IMG/VR virus record: IMGVR_UViG_3300044712_000083
Coordinates: 1 to 64,000 of that record
From: a virus
Reading direction: 5' to 3' (one strand)
Length of the DNA: 64,000 nucleotides
Shown piece by piece: positions 1 through 9,182 of the stretch (its first letter is position 1; every line of letters starts with the position of its first letter). The notes beneath the pieces are model-generated. The model was not told the DNA's origin. It was given only the letters and a program-made list of their open reading frames with translations, and ran no database searches. The translations under genes and the position numbers were made by a program.

Positions 1-9
1 CACACACAC

Positions 10-270
10 ATGAAAAAGTTATTATTATCTGTAGCTATTGCTACTACATTGTTTTCTTGCTCTCCAAGAGATAGAGCTGTTAAATTAGCTAATGGTTCTA
101 TTGTTAGAGCTGAAGTCACTAATGATGTGCCATATAGTGTTGGTGCTAAGGTATGTATTAGAAGATTTCCTGGTCGTCCGTGGCAAATATGTAATGATGG
201 AGAGATGTTAGATACAACTATCTCATCTATTACACATAAAGTAGGATATGTTTCATCTTATTTAGATTAA
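10..270 (+). CDS. putative lipoprotein, early gene
   Basis: MKK, hydrophobic stretch and LFSC lipobox; CA-rich leader. Confidence 0.7.
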   Translation: MKKLLLSVAIATTLFSCSPRDRAVKLANGSIVRAEVTNDVPYSVGAKVCIRRFPGRPWQICNDGEMLDTTISSITHKVGYVSSYLD

Positions 271-275
271 TCATT

Positions 276-310
276 TAACAGAGTGTCATTCGTGATGCTC
301 TGTTATTTAA
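276..310 (+). terminator. hairpin / intrinsic terminator
   Basis: TAACAGAGTGTCA-TTCG-TGATGCTCTGTTA stem-loop directly after a stop codon. Confidence 0.6.
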
Positions 311-324
311 ACCTTTTATATATT

Positions 325-645
325 ATGAATGCAAAAGAAGAGTTTATTTACCACACAGCTGGTAATGTAGTTAAATGTGCCAGTATTACAATTGGTGATA
401 ATTGGTGGAAAGAAGATGAAGAAACAATAATATATAATCTTCCTGTTGGTTATACACAAGAAGAATATGATGCGTTTCTTCAGTCTATAGATACAGAATA
501 TGATTCTGGCTATGGTGGACAAGAGTTATATGGTACTATATGGTATACAAATGGTACATGGTCTGATAGAGGAGAATATGATGGCTCAGAATGGTGGGAA
601 TATCATATATGTCCAAGTATTCCAGAGAGTTTAATTAAATGCTAA
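325..645 (+). CDS. conserved phage hypothetical protein (YDSGYGGQELYGTIW type)
   Basis: ORF 283..645; ATG at 325 is the likelier start; acidic, aromatic-rich. Confidence 0.75.
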   Translation: MNAKEEFIYHTAGNVVKCASITIGDNWWKEDEETIIYNLPVGYTQEEYDAFLQSIDTEYDSGYGGQELYGTIWYTNGTWSDRGEYDGSEWWEYHICPSIPESLIKC

Positions 646-659
646 TAATATAGCATTAT

Positions 660-754
660 AGTCAGGTAATGTAATGGTAACATAACGAAATGGGAGCACC
701 GAAAGGCAGTACCAATCGCTTGCGTTTATACAGGTTCGATTCCTGTCCTGACTA
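660..754 (+). ncRNA. tRNA-like RNA with non-canonical, expanded anticodon arm
   Basis: Acceptor AGTCAGG/CCTGACT, T8A9, D-arm ATGT-AATGGTA-ACAT and T-arm ACAGG-TTCGATT-CCTGT are all perfect; 46 nt lie between the D and T arms with no 5-bp/7-nt anticodon hairpin. Confidence 0.8.
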
Positions 755-789
755 CTAAAATTATTTATTTACAATCAAATCATACACAC

Positions 790-1017
790 ATGTCAAATTA
801 CATTACACTATATTCTTCCTTATTAGATAAGAGAGGATATGCAAGAAAGTCAGATTGGTTAGAATTTGTATTCAATGACCAATGCACACACATTGAATTT
901 ATTGTTCAAGGTGTTAATTACCGTTTTTCAGATGTCAGCCATTTGCATTTAGAAGAAAGTCTAATGCATGATGAGATATTTGATGATAATTGTTTGTTAG
1001 TCCCTGTAAACATTTAA
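790..1017 (+). CDS. hypothetical protein
   Basis: 75-aa ORF with CATACACAC leader. Confidence 0.65.
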   Translation: MSNYITLYSSLLDKRGYARKSDWLEFVFNDQCTHIEFIVQGVNYRFSDVSHLHLEESLMHDEIFDDNCLLVPVNI

Positions 1018-1021
1018 AAAG

Positions 1022-1192
1022 ATGAATGAGAAATTAATTAATAGAATATTTGTAATAGGAATTACAGTATTGTTATCATTAGCATTTGTACAACTCACTG
1101 TAAGAGGATTTCCTTTTGCAGGAATGGGTTGTCTTATGGCTGCTGTAGCTGTGTTATTTGTAGCTAAAGCAGAAGAGAAAAGGAGTAAATAG
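1022..1192 (+). CDS. small two-TM membrane protein (not in ORF track)
   Basis: MNEKLINRIFVIGITVLLSLAFVQLTVRGFPFAGMGCLMAAVAVLFVAKAEEKRSK*, collinear with neighbours, followed by a terminator. Confidence 0.65.
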   Translation: MNEKLINRIFVIGITVLLSLAFVQLTVRGFPFAGMGCLMAAVAVLFVAKAEEKRSK

Positions 1193-1212
1193 TTTTTCAT
1201 AGTGTATGTTGT

Positions 1213-1250
1213 AAAAAGGGCTAGTCTTATAGATTAGTCCTTTTTTTATT
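1213..1250 (+). terminator. intrinsic terminator
   Basis: AAAAAGGGCTAGTCT-TAT-AGATTAGTCCTTTTTTT. Confidence 0.8.
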
Positions 1251-1272
1251 TCATACACATAATTATTACATT

Positions 1273-1572
1273 ATGGAAACATTAAAATTTGATGATAAGG
1301 TTATATTCAGAGTTGGAAATGAAGTGTTACACTATCAAGTAAAACATAATCATTTAGTTTATCAAGATGAAGATAAATACAATCATAGAGTATTTACTCT
1401 TTTAGAAATGATTACACAAAAAGAAAGATGGGAGTTTGCAAGTAAAATCTATGGTTATCAAGTAGTAGCAGGTGATTGGCCTTGTTTTAGAGTTGATGAT
1501 TACGCAGCAGCTACAGAATTAGTTAAAGCTCTGCATGATTTATGTAATCTACATAATATTAAACTATTGTAA
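1273..1572 (+). CDS. hypothetical protein, paralogue of the C-terminal half of the next gene
   Basis: Shared HNHL...NH..F...IYGY...TE.VKALHD.CN pattern. Confidence 0.8.
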   Translation: METLKFDDKVIFRVGNEVLHYQVKHNHLVYQDEDKYNHRVFTLLEMITQKERWEFASKIYGYQVVAGDWPCFRVDDYAAATELVKALHDLCNLHNIKLL

Positions 1573-1573
1573 G

Positions 1574-2077
1574 ATGGAAGATATAGAGAAATTAAAACTA
1601 GCAAAAGCAACATATTCTGCTGGTACAAAATATCGTTGTGCAGATAATGGTACATCCGAGTTTACAGTAGAAAATCCTGAAAAGTTTAGCATACCAGAAC
1701 CAAGAGTTATTTATGGTGAGGTTGGTAAAGGTTGTATATTCTATAAAGGTAAATGGGCTGAAATCGTAGGTCATGCTCCTTATTTACTTAAGCGTGGTGA
1801 TATAGTTAAGTTCAAGGTCAGAGATCAATCATTCAGATATAAAGTGCTTCATAATCATTTAGAAAATGCAGATGAAACTGGTGCTAATCATGAAATATTT
1901 CAAGCGTTAGGTATGGATTCTGAAGATAAGATGAGATTCTGTGATGATATTTATGGATATGACGCAGAATATGGTGGATTTCCTGAATGCAAAGATGATG
2001 ACTTTGAAGCTTTGACAGAAGTAGTTAAGGCATTGCACGATAAGTGCAATAAGATTAATGTTTATTATGAGGTTTAG
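1574..2077 (+). CDS. two-domain hypothetical protein
   Basis: ORF 1535..2077, likely start MEDIEK at 1574. Confidence 0.8.
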   Translation: MEDIEKLKLAKATYSAGTKYRCADNGTSEFTVENPEKFSIPEPRVIYGEVGKGCIFYKGKWAEIVGHAPYLLKRGDIVKFKVRDQSFRYKVLHNHLENADETGANHEIFQALGMDSEDKMRFCDDIYGYDAEYGGFPECKDDDFEALTEVVKALHDKCNKINVYYEV

Positions 2078-2086
2078 GTTAGGAGT

Positions 2087-2125
2087 AATGGGGAGAGATT
2101 ATATTTCTCCTCATTTTTGTTTGTT
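2087..2125 (+). terminator. intrinsic terminator
   Basis: AATGGGGAGA...TCTCCTCATT followed by a T-rich tail. Confidence 0.65.
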
Positions 2126-2225
2126 TCACTTTTTAAAAAATAAAAATGCAAGAATTTCTATTACAACTAACATGCTTTTTACTGGGAGTAGTAACAGGTA
2201 TGAGAATTCATAGCTTATTAGACAA

Positions 2226-2585
2226 ATGAGAGCTATATTAATTGATGCGTACAACAAAGATGTAAGGGAGGTTACACTTGTTGAAGAGGCTAGTACACTG
2301 GAACAAATGTATGAGCTATTGGACTGTTCAGCTGTAGAATGCGTAGCGTTACCTGGAGGTAATGACCTTTGGGTGAATGAAGAAGGATTATTCTATCTTA
2401 CAAGAGATAGTATGTTCTTTACATACAAAGACACTATGCCTATACATGGGAAAGGTTTGATTTTAGGGTTAGATCGTAATACAGGAGAATGTAAGAGCAC
2501 AAAGCTGAAACTGGAAGATGTTACAGATAGTGTTGACTTTTATTCTATAGATGAAGTACGAGAACTAGTTAAAACAGAGTATTAA
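2226..2585 (+). CDS. DUF3846-like protein
   Basis: LEQMYELL..VE.V.L...DLWVNEEG...P.HG..LILG motif. Confidence 0.65.
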   Translation: MRAILIDAYNKDVREVTLVEEASTLEQMYELLDCSAVECVALPGGNDLWVNEEGLFYLTRDSMFFTYKDTMPIHGKGLILGLDRNTGECKSTKLKLEDVTDSVDFYSIDEVRELVKTEY

Positions 2586-2605
2586 TTTTTTAAATAACAC
2601 ACAAA

Positions 2606-3196
2606 ATGGAGATTACATTCAATCATGAAGGCGTGAAGATTCACGATTCATTCAATTTGACAGAACAACAAGGTAATAGATTAGATTCTGTTATTATGTT
2701 CGAAACTATCGTAGCAGATAGAATTTTAGATGTGCATTACGAGGGAGTTCGTGAAGATGCACCGCGTGAAATCAAGACTAAAACTGGTGTCTTGTCTCGT
2801 TGTATGAAATATGCAACCAATGACCAAGAAGCATTTTACTTGGCTTATGCATTTGTGAACAAACACAATGCTACATTATCTGCATTAGCAGGTTATGAGG
2901 CATTCTCACGAATTTCAGACAAAGATAGTGCATTACACACAGCTTTAATTGAAGGTGCAAAAGAACACTTTGGAGATAAATTCTCTGATGAGCAATTGCA
3001 AGAGAAGCTTGAGGACATGCTTGGTAGCAAAACCAGACCATTTAAGCCTATGAGAAAGCTTATTCGTCAAATAGATGCTTCTAACTATGATTATTCATTG
3101 TTTAAAGCTATGCTAGATGAGGAAGATGGTGACGCATACATTCCTGAACTTATAGAAGACATTATAGAAAATGTCAAGGGAATGAAGGAAGATTAA
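2606..3196 (+). CDS. hypothetical protein
   Basis: 196-aa ORF with ACACACAAA leader. Confidence 0.75.
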   Translation: MEITFNHEGVKIHDSFNLTEQQGNRLDSVIMFETIVADRILDVHYEGVREDAPREIKTKTGVLSRCMKYATNDQEAFYLAYAFVNKHNATLSALAGYEAFSRISDKDSALHTALIEGAKEHFGDKFSDEQLQEKLEDMLGSKTRPFKPMRKLIRQIDASNYDYSLFKAMLDEEDGDAYIPELIEDIIENVKGMKED

Positions 3197-3221
3197 TTTG
3201 TGTGTGTAAAAATGAGGATAA

Positions 3222-3258
3222 GAGAGCAGCATAAACCTAAATGTTGCTCTCATTCTCT
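3222..3258 (+). terminator. hairpin / terminator
   Basis: GAGAGCAGCAT...ATGTTGCTCTC. Confidence 0.55.
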
Positions 3259-3306
3259 AATTAAGCACGTTATAGTTTAATAATTAAGTTAATTAATAAC
3301 AAAGAA

Positions 3307-5265
3307 ATGGAAAAAGTTAAATATTATATACCTGGAATCAAGGTAAAATGCATAAGTGCATATTGTAGAGATGGTGAAATTGCTACTACAGTACGCAAAT
3401 CAGAACTAGGTTCTGGTGTAGTTATCAAATATGATGATGGCTCTGAAGATATAGCTCGTATTGGTCTAGATGATAATTATGATATAGAGTTTATCAATCC
3501 ATCTGATGAACTATTGCAAGAAGCAATGGAGCGTTATCCTGCAGGTTGTTCATTCACATCATTAGGAGGTACAATAATCACTGATTTCAAGCCTCTTTAT
3601 CCACATTACACATTTCGTGACATTTTCATTCAATATACTCTTAGTAATGGTGAAACCAATGATGTTCATGTATATGAGGATGGTAATTGGGCTAATGTAC
3701 AATTACCAAAAACTGATATCAAGGTAGGTGATATGATTCAGATTATATCTCAAACACAGCGTACACATACATCATTTTGTAATGTTAGACCTGACCGAGA
3801 AGGTTTTACATATCATAATGGTTGGAATGCAGATGGTGGTCAGGTTTACAAAGTGTTAGATATTGTTTTCTCAAAAGACACAGGTAAATGGTTCTATCAA
3901 GTTTTAGAAGACCATTGGTATGCTGATGATTCTGTTATTCTTCATAAAGCTCCTGTACCACAATCATCACAAGACGAAGATTGGGAATTCAAAGGAGAGT
4001 TTCCTGAAGAGGGACAATGTAAGATGATATCTATTCCACTTATGGAATATTTACGCAAGACTAGAACTCCAGAAGGAGACCAATCCTTGAAAGACCGTGC
4101 AAAAGCTATTTGCTGGAATCATAAAGGATATTGGTTTGTTTCTCGTAGTTCACAGAAGAAAGAGTACCCACTCGCTTATTTAGAAAGATTTTTCACACAA
4201 CAACCAAAAGAACAACCTATGGAGCCACAAGCCCAACAATTTGATTACACACCACAAGGTGGTTTTCAACTAACTCTTCCTCCTGAAATTGTAGGAACAG
4301 CTTTGAAACAAGCTACAGAAACACATTTCAGAGAGTCTGAGAAAAAGTTTGAGAAGCATCGTGAGGATGTTGCAGCTCTCGTAGAGAAGAAGAAACAAAT
4401 GATTGAGACAGAATTGTATCAAAAGTTTGAGAAAACTATCTCTTGTGAGTTTGTAGAGTTCAAACAGCGTGTTGTAGAAGACTATTTGACTTCTAAGCAA
4501 GTTGTTATTGAGCTAGGACAAGAGAAGAAATATGAATTCTCTCTTGAGGACAAGCATGCAGAATTACCAAAGATGGTAACATTTCTACAGTTGTTTAAGC
4601 AAGCTATGATTGTAGGTCCGTCAGGATCAGGTAAATCAACTATGGCTAAGCAAGCAGCTGAAGTTATGGGACTACGCTATGGTGCATTCTCTTGTAATCT
4701 AGAAGCATCTAAGTCAGAGTTAGTAGGTTTTGCTAACATTGATGGTTATGTAGAATCCTCATTCTTGGATTTCTATGAGAACGGTGGTGTATTCTTGATT
4801 GACGAGTATGATTCTATGTCTCCTTCTATTGCTGTAGTATTAAATGCTGCATTCGATAGAACTGGTATGATTGCTGTACCAAATCGTAAGGGTAAAACTA
4901 TAGCTAAGAAGCACAAAGATTTCTATTGTATTCTAGCTGGTAATACCTGGGGTTCTGGTTCTGTAGAATATCAAGGTCGTGAGATGCAGGATGCTGCATT
5001 CCTAGATCGTTTCAAGATGTGTCGTATCTTCATTGATTATGATGAGAAGCTTGAGAAGAGTATTGCTGGTAAGCATTATCCATTCTTCAAGAAGATTCGT
5101 AATTATGTGAAGAAGAAGGTAGATGGTGAGAACTTCTCAACTCGTTCTATCTATGATGCTTCTGTATTGTTGGAGAATGGCTTTACACAACAAGACATTC
5201 TAACAATGATTTCAGAACATTGGGATGAAGCATTGCGTAAGGACCTTATAACAGCTGTAGCATAA
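3307..5265 (+). CDS. MoxR/CobS-like AAA+ ATPase with long variable N-terminus
   Basis: Walker A GPSGSGKS, Walker B FLIDEYD, AGNTWG, DAAFLDRF arginine finger, STR sensor II. Confidence 0.85.
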   Translation: MEKVKYYIPGIKVKCISAYCRDGEIATTVRKSELGSGVVIKYDDGSEDIARIGLDDNYDIEFINPSDELLQEAMERYPAGCSFTSLGGTIITDFKPLYPHYTFRDIFIQYTLSNGETNDVHVYEDGNWANVQLPKTDIKVGDMIQIISQTQRTHTSFCNVRPDREGFTYHNGWNADGGQVYKVLDIVFSKDTGKWFYQVLEDHWYADDSVILHKAPVPQSSQDEDWEFKGEFPEEGQCKMISIPLMEYLRKTRTPEGDQSLKDRAKAICWNHKGYWFVSRSSQKKEYPLAYLERFFTQQPKEQPMEPQAQQFDYTPQGGFQLTLPPEIVGTALKQATETHFRESEKKFEKHREDVAALVEKKKQMIETELYQKFEKTISCEFVEFKQRVVEDYLTSKQVVIELGQEKKYEFSLEDKHAELPKMVTFLQLFKQAMIVGPSGSGKSTMAKQAAEVMGLRYGAFSCNLEASKSELVGFANIDGYVESSFLDFYENGGVFLIDEYDSMSPSIAVVLNAAFDRTGMIAVPNRKGKTIAKKHKDFYCILAGNTWGSGSVEYQGREMQDAAFLDRFKMCRIFIDYDEKLEKSIAGKHYPFFKKIRNYVKKKVDGENFSTRSIYDASVLLENGFTQQDILTMISEHWDEALRKDLITAVA

Positions 5266-6128
5266 TGCGTATAGTCAAAGAGAATACCAAGATTCTTCAC
5301 ATGTATTTTGATTCTGTTGATGATTTCTTTCAACATAGTGATGCGAAATTACTACAGGAAAAAGGTGTAAGCCATTTACCTAGTAGTAATCAGCGTCACA
5401 TTAGAGAAATCGCTAGAGGAGATGATAAAAGTTGGAGATATGCAGAAGAGAAGAGCAAGGATACTTTTGAGAAGACTAGATTCGATCCTACAAAGGGTAA
5501 AACAATGTGTGCAGATGCTGTCAAGAAAACTATGGCTGATAAGAGCTATAAGAAATTGATGGCTAACGCTATGACATATCGTAGAAAGCCCAAGTTTCAG
5601 GATGTAGGATCTAGACTCTCTGTCCCACGAGCTATAGCTGGTGAGGATAAATACTTTGTTAGTCTCAAAGCTGCAAGAAAACCAACAGTGAAGATTGCAA
5701 TTAACATTTGTGGGAGTGCAAGTGTTAATGCAGCAGCGTTTGCAAGAGTGGCACAAACAGCTATTCCAACCATTTATGCGTTGGAACAAGCTGGTATCAC
5801 CACTGAAGTTTATTATTGTGCGTTTTCTACAAGAACTCACAAAGGCTATACTCACAGTCAACTATCTGTAAAAGTTAAATCAGCCCAACAACGATTCTCC
5901 TGGACATTATTTGCTCCAGTGTTTTGTGTTGGTAGTTATAGAGATAACATCTTTACAGCATGGAGTAATTGTGATATAGATACAGACAGCGGATTAGGTT
6001 GTCCAATGAATGAATCAGATATTCAAAGTAATAATAACTTTGGATATGATTCTGTGATTGGTCTTAATGCTGTAGGTCCTGTAGAGAATGTAGGTTCTAT
6101 CTTTAATAAGATAAAACTAACGAAATAA
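5265..6128 (+). CDS. VWA/CobT-like partner of the AAA+ ATPase
   Basis: TAATG-coupled to the ATPase; KIAINICGSAS MIDAS-like strand; ALEQAGITTEV. Confidence 0.6.
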   Translation: MRIVKENTKILHMYFDSVDDFFQHSDAKLLQEKGVSHLPSSNQRHIREIARGDDKSWRYAEEKSKDTFEKTRFDPTKGKTMCADAVKKTMADKSYKKLMANAMTYRRKPKFQDVGSRLSVPRAIAGEDKYFVSLKAARKPTVKIAINICGSASVNAAAFARVAQTAIPTIYALEQAGITTEVYYCAFSTRTHKGYTHSQLSVKVKSAQQRFSWTLFAPVFCVGSYRDNIFTAWSNCDIDTDSGLGCPMNESDIQSNNNFGYDSVIGLNAVGPVENVGSIFNKIKLTK

Positions 6129-6207
6129 GGTTCAAAAATGGTTAATTTAGAGCTCTTAGACTTTGTTTTTGAGCTCTTTTATTTTTTCACACTTTAAATT
6201 CTACAAA

Positions 6208-6504
6208 ATGAGAATTGTTATTGAAAGATCAGGAAGATCGTTTATTACACACATGGCACACATTGCTATGGCTGGCTTGATGATTTATGGTGCACTTACA
6301 CGAGAAGATCCTATTGGATATATTATATCTACCATGTGGATTATTGTGTCTTATGTACGCTATAACATGAATGTTACTTTAGAATCTGAGCTACAGCATG
6401 TGAAAATGCACATGATGGAAGGTGTACGTAAAGATTTGAAGAAGTTCTTGAAAGAGAATAAAGAGTACTTGATTAATAAAATCAAAGAGCAGGAAGAAGA
6501 ATAA
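6208..6504 (+). CDS. membrane protein
   Basis: Two hydrophobic segments; start reassigned to MRIV. Confidence 0.65.
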   Translation: MRIVIERSGRSFITHMAHIAMAGLMIYGALTREDPIGYIISTMWIIVSYVRYNMNVTLESELQHVKMHMMEGVRKDLKKFLKENKEYLINKIKEQEEE

Positions 6505-6989
6505 TGAGCTATCAACCAGTTAAGTTAATCTACAACTCATACGTACCAGATGAATTACATGTTGGTATGTTGTTTGCTGTGAGTGTTACAGTTAATGAGC
6601 ACTCCTACTTGCATGTTCATGAGCTTGAGAAGCTCCCACGAAATATTGAGAAATATATCGAAGAGAATGGTTATCCAGTCAAGCCCTATTTAGTTAGAGC
6701 TATAGATTCCAATCCTGATATGCCTCCACAACTTGTGGCATTTCCTAATCAACTTGCATACTATGAGCAAGACGGTCAGCTATATGATTTTACAATAGAT
6801 GACATGAACTACATCAGTATGAATGATGATGGATACATTGCATTATACTTTGATGATGAAACAGACCAACCAGTATTGGAGGATAATCTTGTAGTAGTCA
6901 CATCAATGGATAATGTATGGGATGAAGAGGAAGAGGAAGATTTCTCTGATTGGGATGCCACATTACAAGATGGTCTAGATGACCTATAG
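6504..6989 (+). CDS. acidic hypothetical protein
   Basis: ORF with C-terminal DWDATLQDGL tail. Confidence 0.75.
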   Translation: MSYQPVKLIYNSYVPDELHVGMLFAVSVTVNEHSYLHVHELEKLPRNIEKYIEENGYPVKPYLVRAIDSNPDMPPQLVAFPNQLAYYEQDGQLYDFTIDDMNYISMNDDGYIALYFDDETDQPVLEDNLVVVTSMDNVWDEEEEEDFSDWDATLQDGLDDL

Positions 6990-7041
6990 TACACAACAAA
7001 GTTTAATTATTAACAACAAAGTTTTAAAAAACAACAAAGTC

Positions 7042-7800
7042 ATGAAAAAGTCAACATTAGTTACAGGATTTACAAAAGAGAATTTCAAGCAGTGGTTAGG
7101 TAAGAAACCAGTTAGTTTCTTAGCAGGTATCAATAGACCAATTGATCCAGCACAAGTCACCAAATTAGCACAGTCTATAGATGCTATTGGTGTACAGCGT
7201 ACATTAGTTGTAGCAGAATTTGCATTCATTACAGGTAAAAAAGAAATGTATGTAATTGATGGACAACACTTGTACCATGCATTGATGCGTAATGGTTTAG
7301 ATATCCCATATGTAACGGTAGAAATCAAGGACAAGGCTGATCTTGTAGAAAAGATTGCATTGTTGAATGCATCATCAAAGAGCTGGTGTACACAGGATTA
7401 TATCACTGCATGGAGCTGTTTGAAAACAGATTATGTAAAGCTGAATGAGTACTTGAATCGTTATGATATTGAGAAAGCATTAACAGCTAGCATTCTAATG
7501 AATAATGGAACAGATGGTAGTAATACAATCAGAACCATTAAAAAAGGTGAGTTCCAAATCATTAATGAAGAAGGTAATGTTAAGATTCTTGATTATATAA
7601 CTGATTTATTAAAAGTTATTCCTCGTCAGAATCGTGTACAAAACAAATATGTTTGTCGTGAGTTCTTGAGTTTTGTTAGAAGCTGCCCAGATTACAATCA
7701 TGAGCGTTTCATGAATAACATCAAGAAAGTTAAAGATGATTTTAAGTTTGCTACACAGCAAGAGGGACGTTTATCAGATTTCTTTTATAAACTAAAATAA
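7042..7800 (+). CDS. ParB/DndB-like N-terminal domain protein
   Basis: NR.ID...V.KLA.SI...VIDGQHL; start MKKS at 7042. Confidence 0.7.
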   Translation: MKKSTLVTGFTKENFKQWLGKKPVSFLAGINRPIDPAQVTKLAQSIDAIGVQRTLVVAEFAFITGKKEMYVIDGQHLYHALMRNGLDIPYVTVEIKDKADLVEKIALLNASSKSWCTQDYITAWSCLKTDYVKLNEYLNRYDIEKALTASILMNNGTDGSNTIRTIKKGEFQIINEEGNVKILDYITDLLKVIPRQNRVQNKYVCREFLSFVRSCPDYNHERFMNNIKKVKDDFKFATQQEGRLSDFFYKLK

Positions 7801-7808
7801 TTACAATT

Positions 7809-8027
7809 ATGTCTATTAAAACACGCGTAGGAAGAGTGGTTGAAGTTATCAACCAAAACAAAAAGAAAGGTGCAGCTGATACATATGAAGCTGTATTGTT
7901 AAAGAATGATGCAGGGGTGCATGAATTCTTATTCACAAAGGTTGAGTTAGATGTGGCATATTCTCGTGCTCGTAAGAACATTGAGGATACGTTAGAGCAA
8001 AGCTTAATTTCCAAAATTCTAGATTAA
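7809..8027 (+). CDS. hypothetical protein
   Basis: ORF in operon. Confidence 0.7.
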   Translation: MSIKTRVGRVVEVINQNKKKGAADTYEAVLLKNDAGVHEFLFTKVELDVAYSRARKNIEDTLEQSLISKILD

Positions 8028-8260
8028 TGAAGAAGGTTATTCTAATCTTAAGCACTATGGGACTGATGTCCTGTAGTGCTTATAAAATTGAGGTGCGTAA
8101 TAATTACTACACCCCTATGGAAAGAACTGGTCTTACATGGAGAAAACATTGGTTTTCTTTTGAGACAGAACAACCAGCAAGGAATTATGTAGAACAATTA
8201 CGCCAAGAAGCTCGCATTCGTAGAGCAGCACGCAAGAAACATTATATTAGAATCAAATGA
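8027..8260 (+). CDS. putative lipoprotein
   Basis: MKKVILILSTMGLMSC lipobox. Confidence 0.65.
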   Translation: MKKVILILSTMGLMSCSAYKIEVRNNYYTPMERTGLTWRKHWFSFETEQPARNYVEQLRQEARIRRAARKKHYIRIK

Positions 8261-8448
8261 AAAAACACATTGTAGAAGTTACTATAATCATAATGATTTT
8301 ATTTATGATTTTCTGGGCTTATTTGAAGTTTACAGTAACAGAAGAAGTTAAAGTTGAACCGTATCAACCTTATCAACCATTTGCTATTGTTGTACAAGAA
8401 ACAGATTGGGATGGTTACAAAGAGGTCACTAAAATTGTAAGAAAATGA
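8257..8448 (+). CDS. single-TM membrane protein
   Basis: Hydrophobic N-terminus, ATGA overlap. Confidence 0.6.
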   Translation: MKKHIVEVTIIIMILFMIFWAYLKFTVTEEVKVEPYQPYQPFAIVVQETDWDGYKEVTKIVRK

Positions 8449-8879
8449 GAAGAAATCGAATTAAAGAACATCTCACAAATTGTGTGCACTGCGGACATCA
8501 TCATGATCCACAACCTATTATAGAACAATATGATGCTCATGGAAAAACATCCATGAGTTATTATTGTGACAGTTGTAACAAATACAATCGCGTTAAACAA
8601 ACCAAAGAAGGATTGATTAGTTTCAATAGAATTGTAAAGGTAGGAGTGGGTAAGAATAACATGATCCGTGAGCACAGAATGGAGTGTGCATATTGTCAAC
8701 ATCCGATGGAAAAACAAGACTTTCAGTTTCTATTGAAGAAAAGAAATGTTCGCAGAACTGTATGTTCTAAATGTCATAAGCCATTAATAGCTAGACGAAC
8801 ATCTCTTGGATTCTATAGTACAACAAAAGCAGAGTACAAAAAACCATCAGTTAAATCAAAAGAATTATGTCAGAAGTAG
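8445..8879 (+). CDS. double zinc-ribbon protein
   Basis: Four CxxC motifs in two similar halves (EHLTNCVHC..CDSC / EHRMECAYC..CSKC). Confidence 0.7.
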   Translation: MRRNRIKEHLTNCVHCGHHHDPQPIIEQYDAHGKTSMSYYCDSCNKYNRVKQTKEGLISFNRIVKVGVGKNNMIREHRMECAYCQHPMEKQDFQFLLKKRNVRRTVCSKCHKPLIARRTSLGFYSTTKAEYKKPSVKSKELCQK

Positions 8880-9031
8880 AAAAAGCTGAGGAGCTAATGA
8901 ATACCTTCTTTGAGCTTGCCTATGATGCAGCTCAACTTGCACAGGATCAACATGATGAAGATCATGATCCTGCTGGTTTTTTATTTTGGCACAGAGTTAA
9001 AATCTATATTAGAAATCATGAAAGAAAATAA
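8867..9031 (+). CDS. small hypothetical protein (not in ORF track)
   Basis: MSEVEKAEELMNTFFELAY...RNHERK*, fills the gap with overlapping start and stop. Confidence 0.55.
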   Translation: MSEVEKAEELMNTFFELAYDAAQLAQDQHDEDHDPAGFLFWHRVKIYIRNHERK

Positions 9032-9182
9032 GACAGTAACCGTACAATCAGCCTTTCAACATATTGATAATGAGCTGAAAAAAGAGTATATTCGTGATAA
9101 ACAACGATATATGGAGAAATGGGGCTTACGCTCTATTAAAACTAGCACACCTAAAACAGCATTAGAATCATGGCAATGTTAA
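9018..9182 (+). CDS. small hypothetical protein
   Basis: Likely start MKENK within ORF 8910..9182. Confidence 0.5.
   Translation: MKENKTVTVQSAFQHIDNELKKEYIRDKQRYMEKWGLRSIKTSTPKTALESWQC

Noticed and set aside
660-754. Canonical tRNA-Pro(TGG/GGG) or a long-variable-arm tRNA
   Set aside because: No 5-bp stem closes a 7-nt loop around those triplets
997-1200. Minus-strand 67-aa ORF with a good-looking start context
   Set aside because: It shadows a + strand membrane ORF and has no upstream promoter; its 'start' is better read as the antisense element, though a real gene is not fully excluded
3307-6128. Cobalamin biosynthesis (CobS/CobT) supplying the B12-dependent RNR
   Set aside because: Phage MoxR-type AAA+/VWA pairs are generic chaperone-like modules; no CobN or other cob genes are present
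7042-7800. Dnd phosphorothioation or plasmid partition system
   Set aside because: Only a solitary ParB-like domain (DGQHL); no dnd genes or ParA
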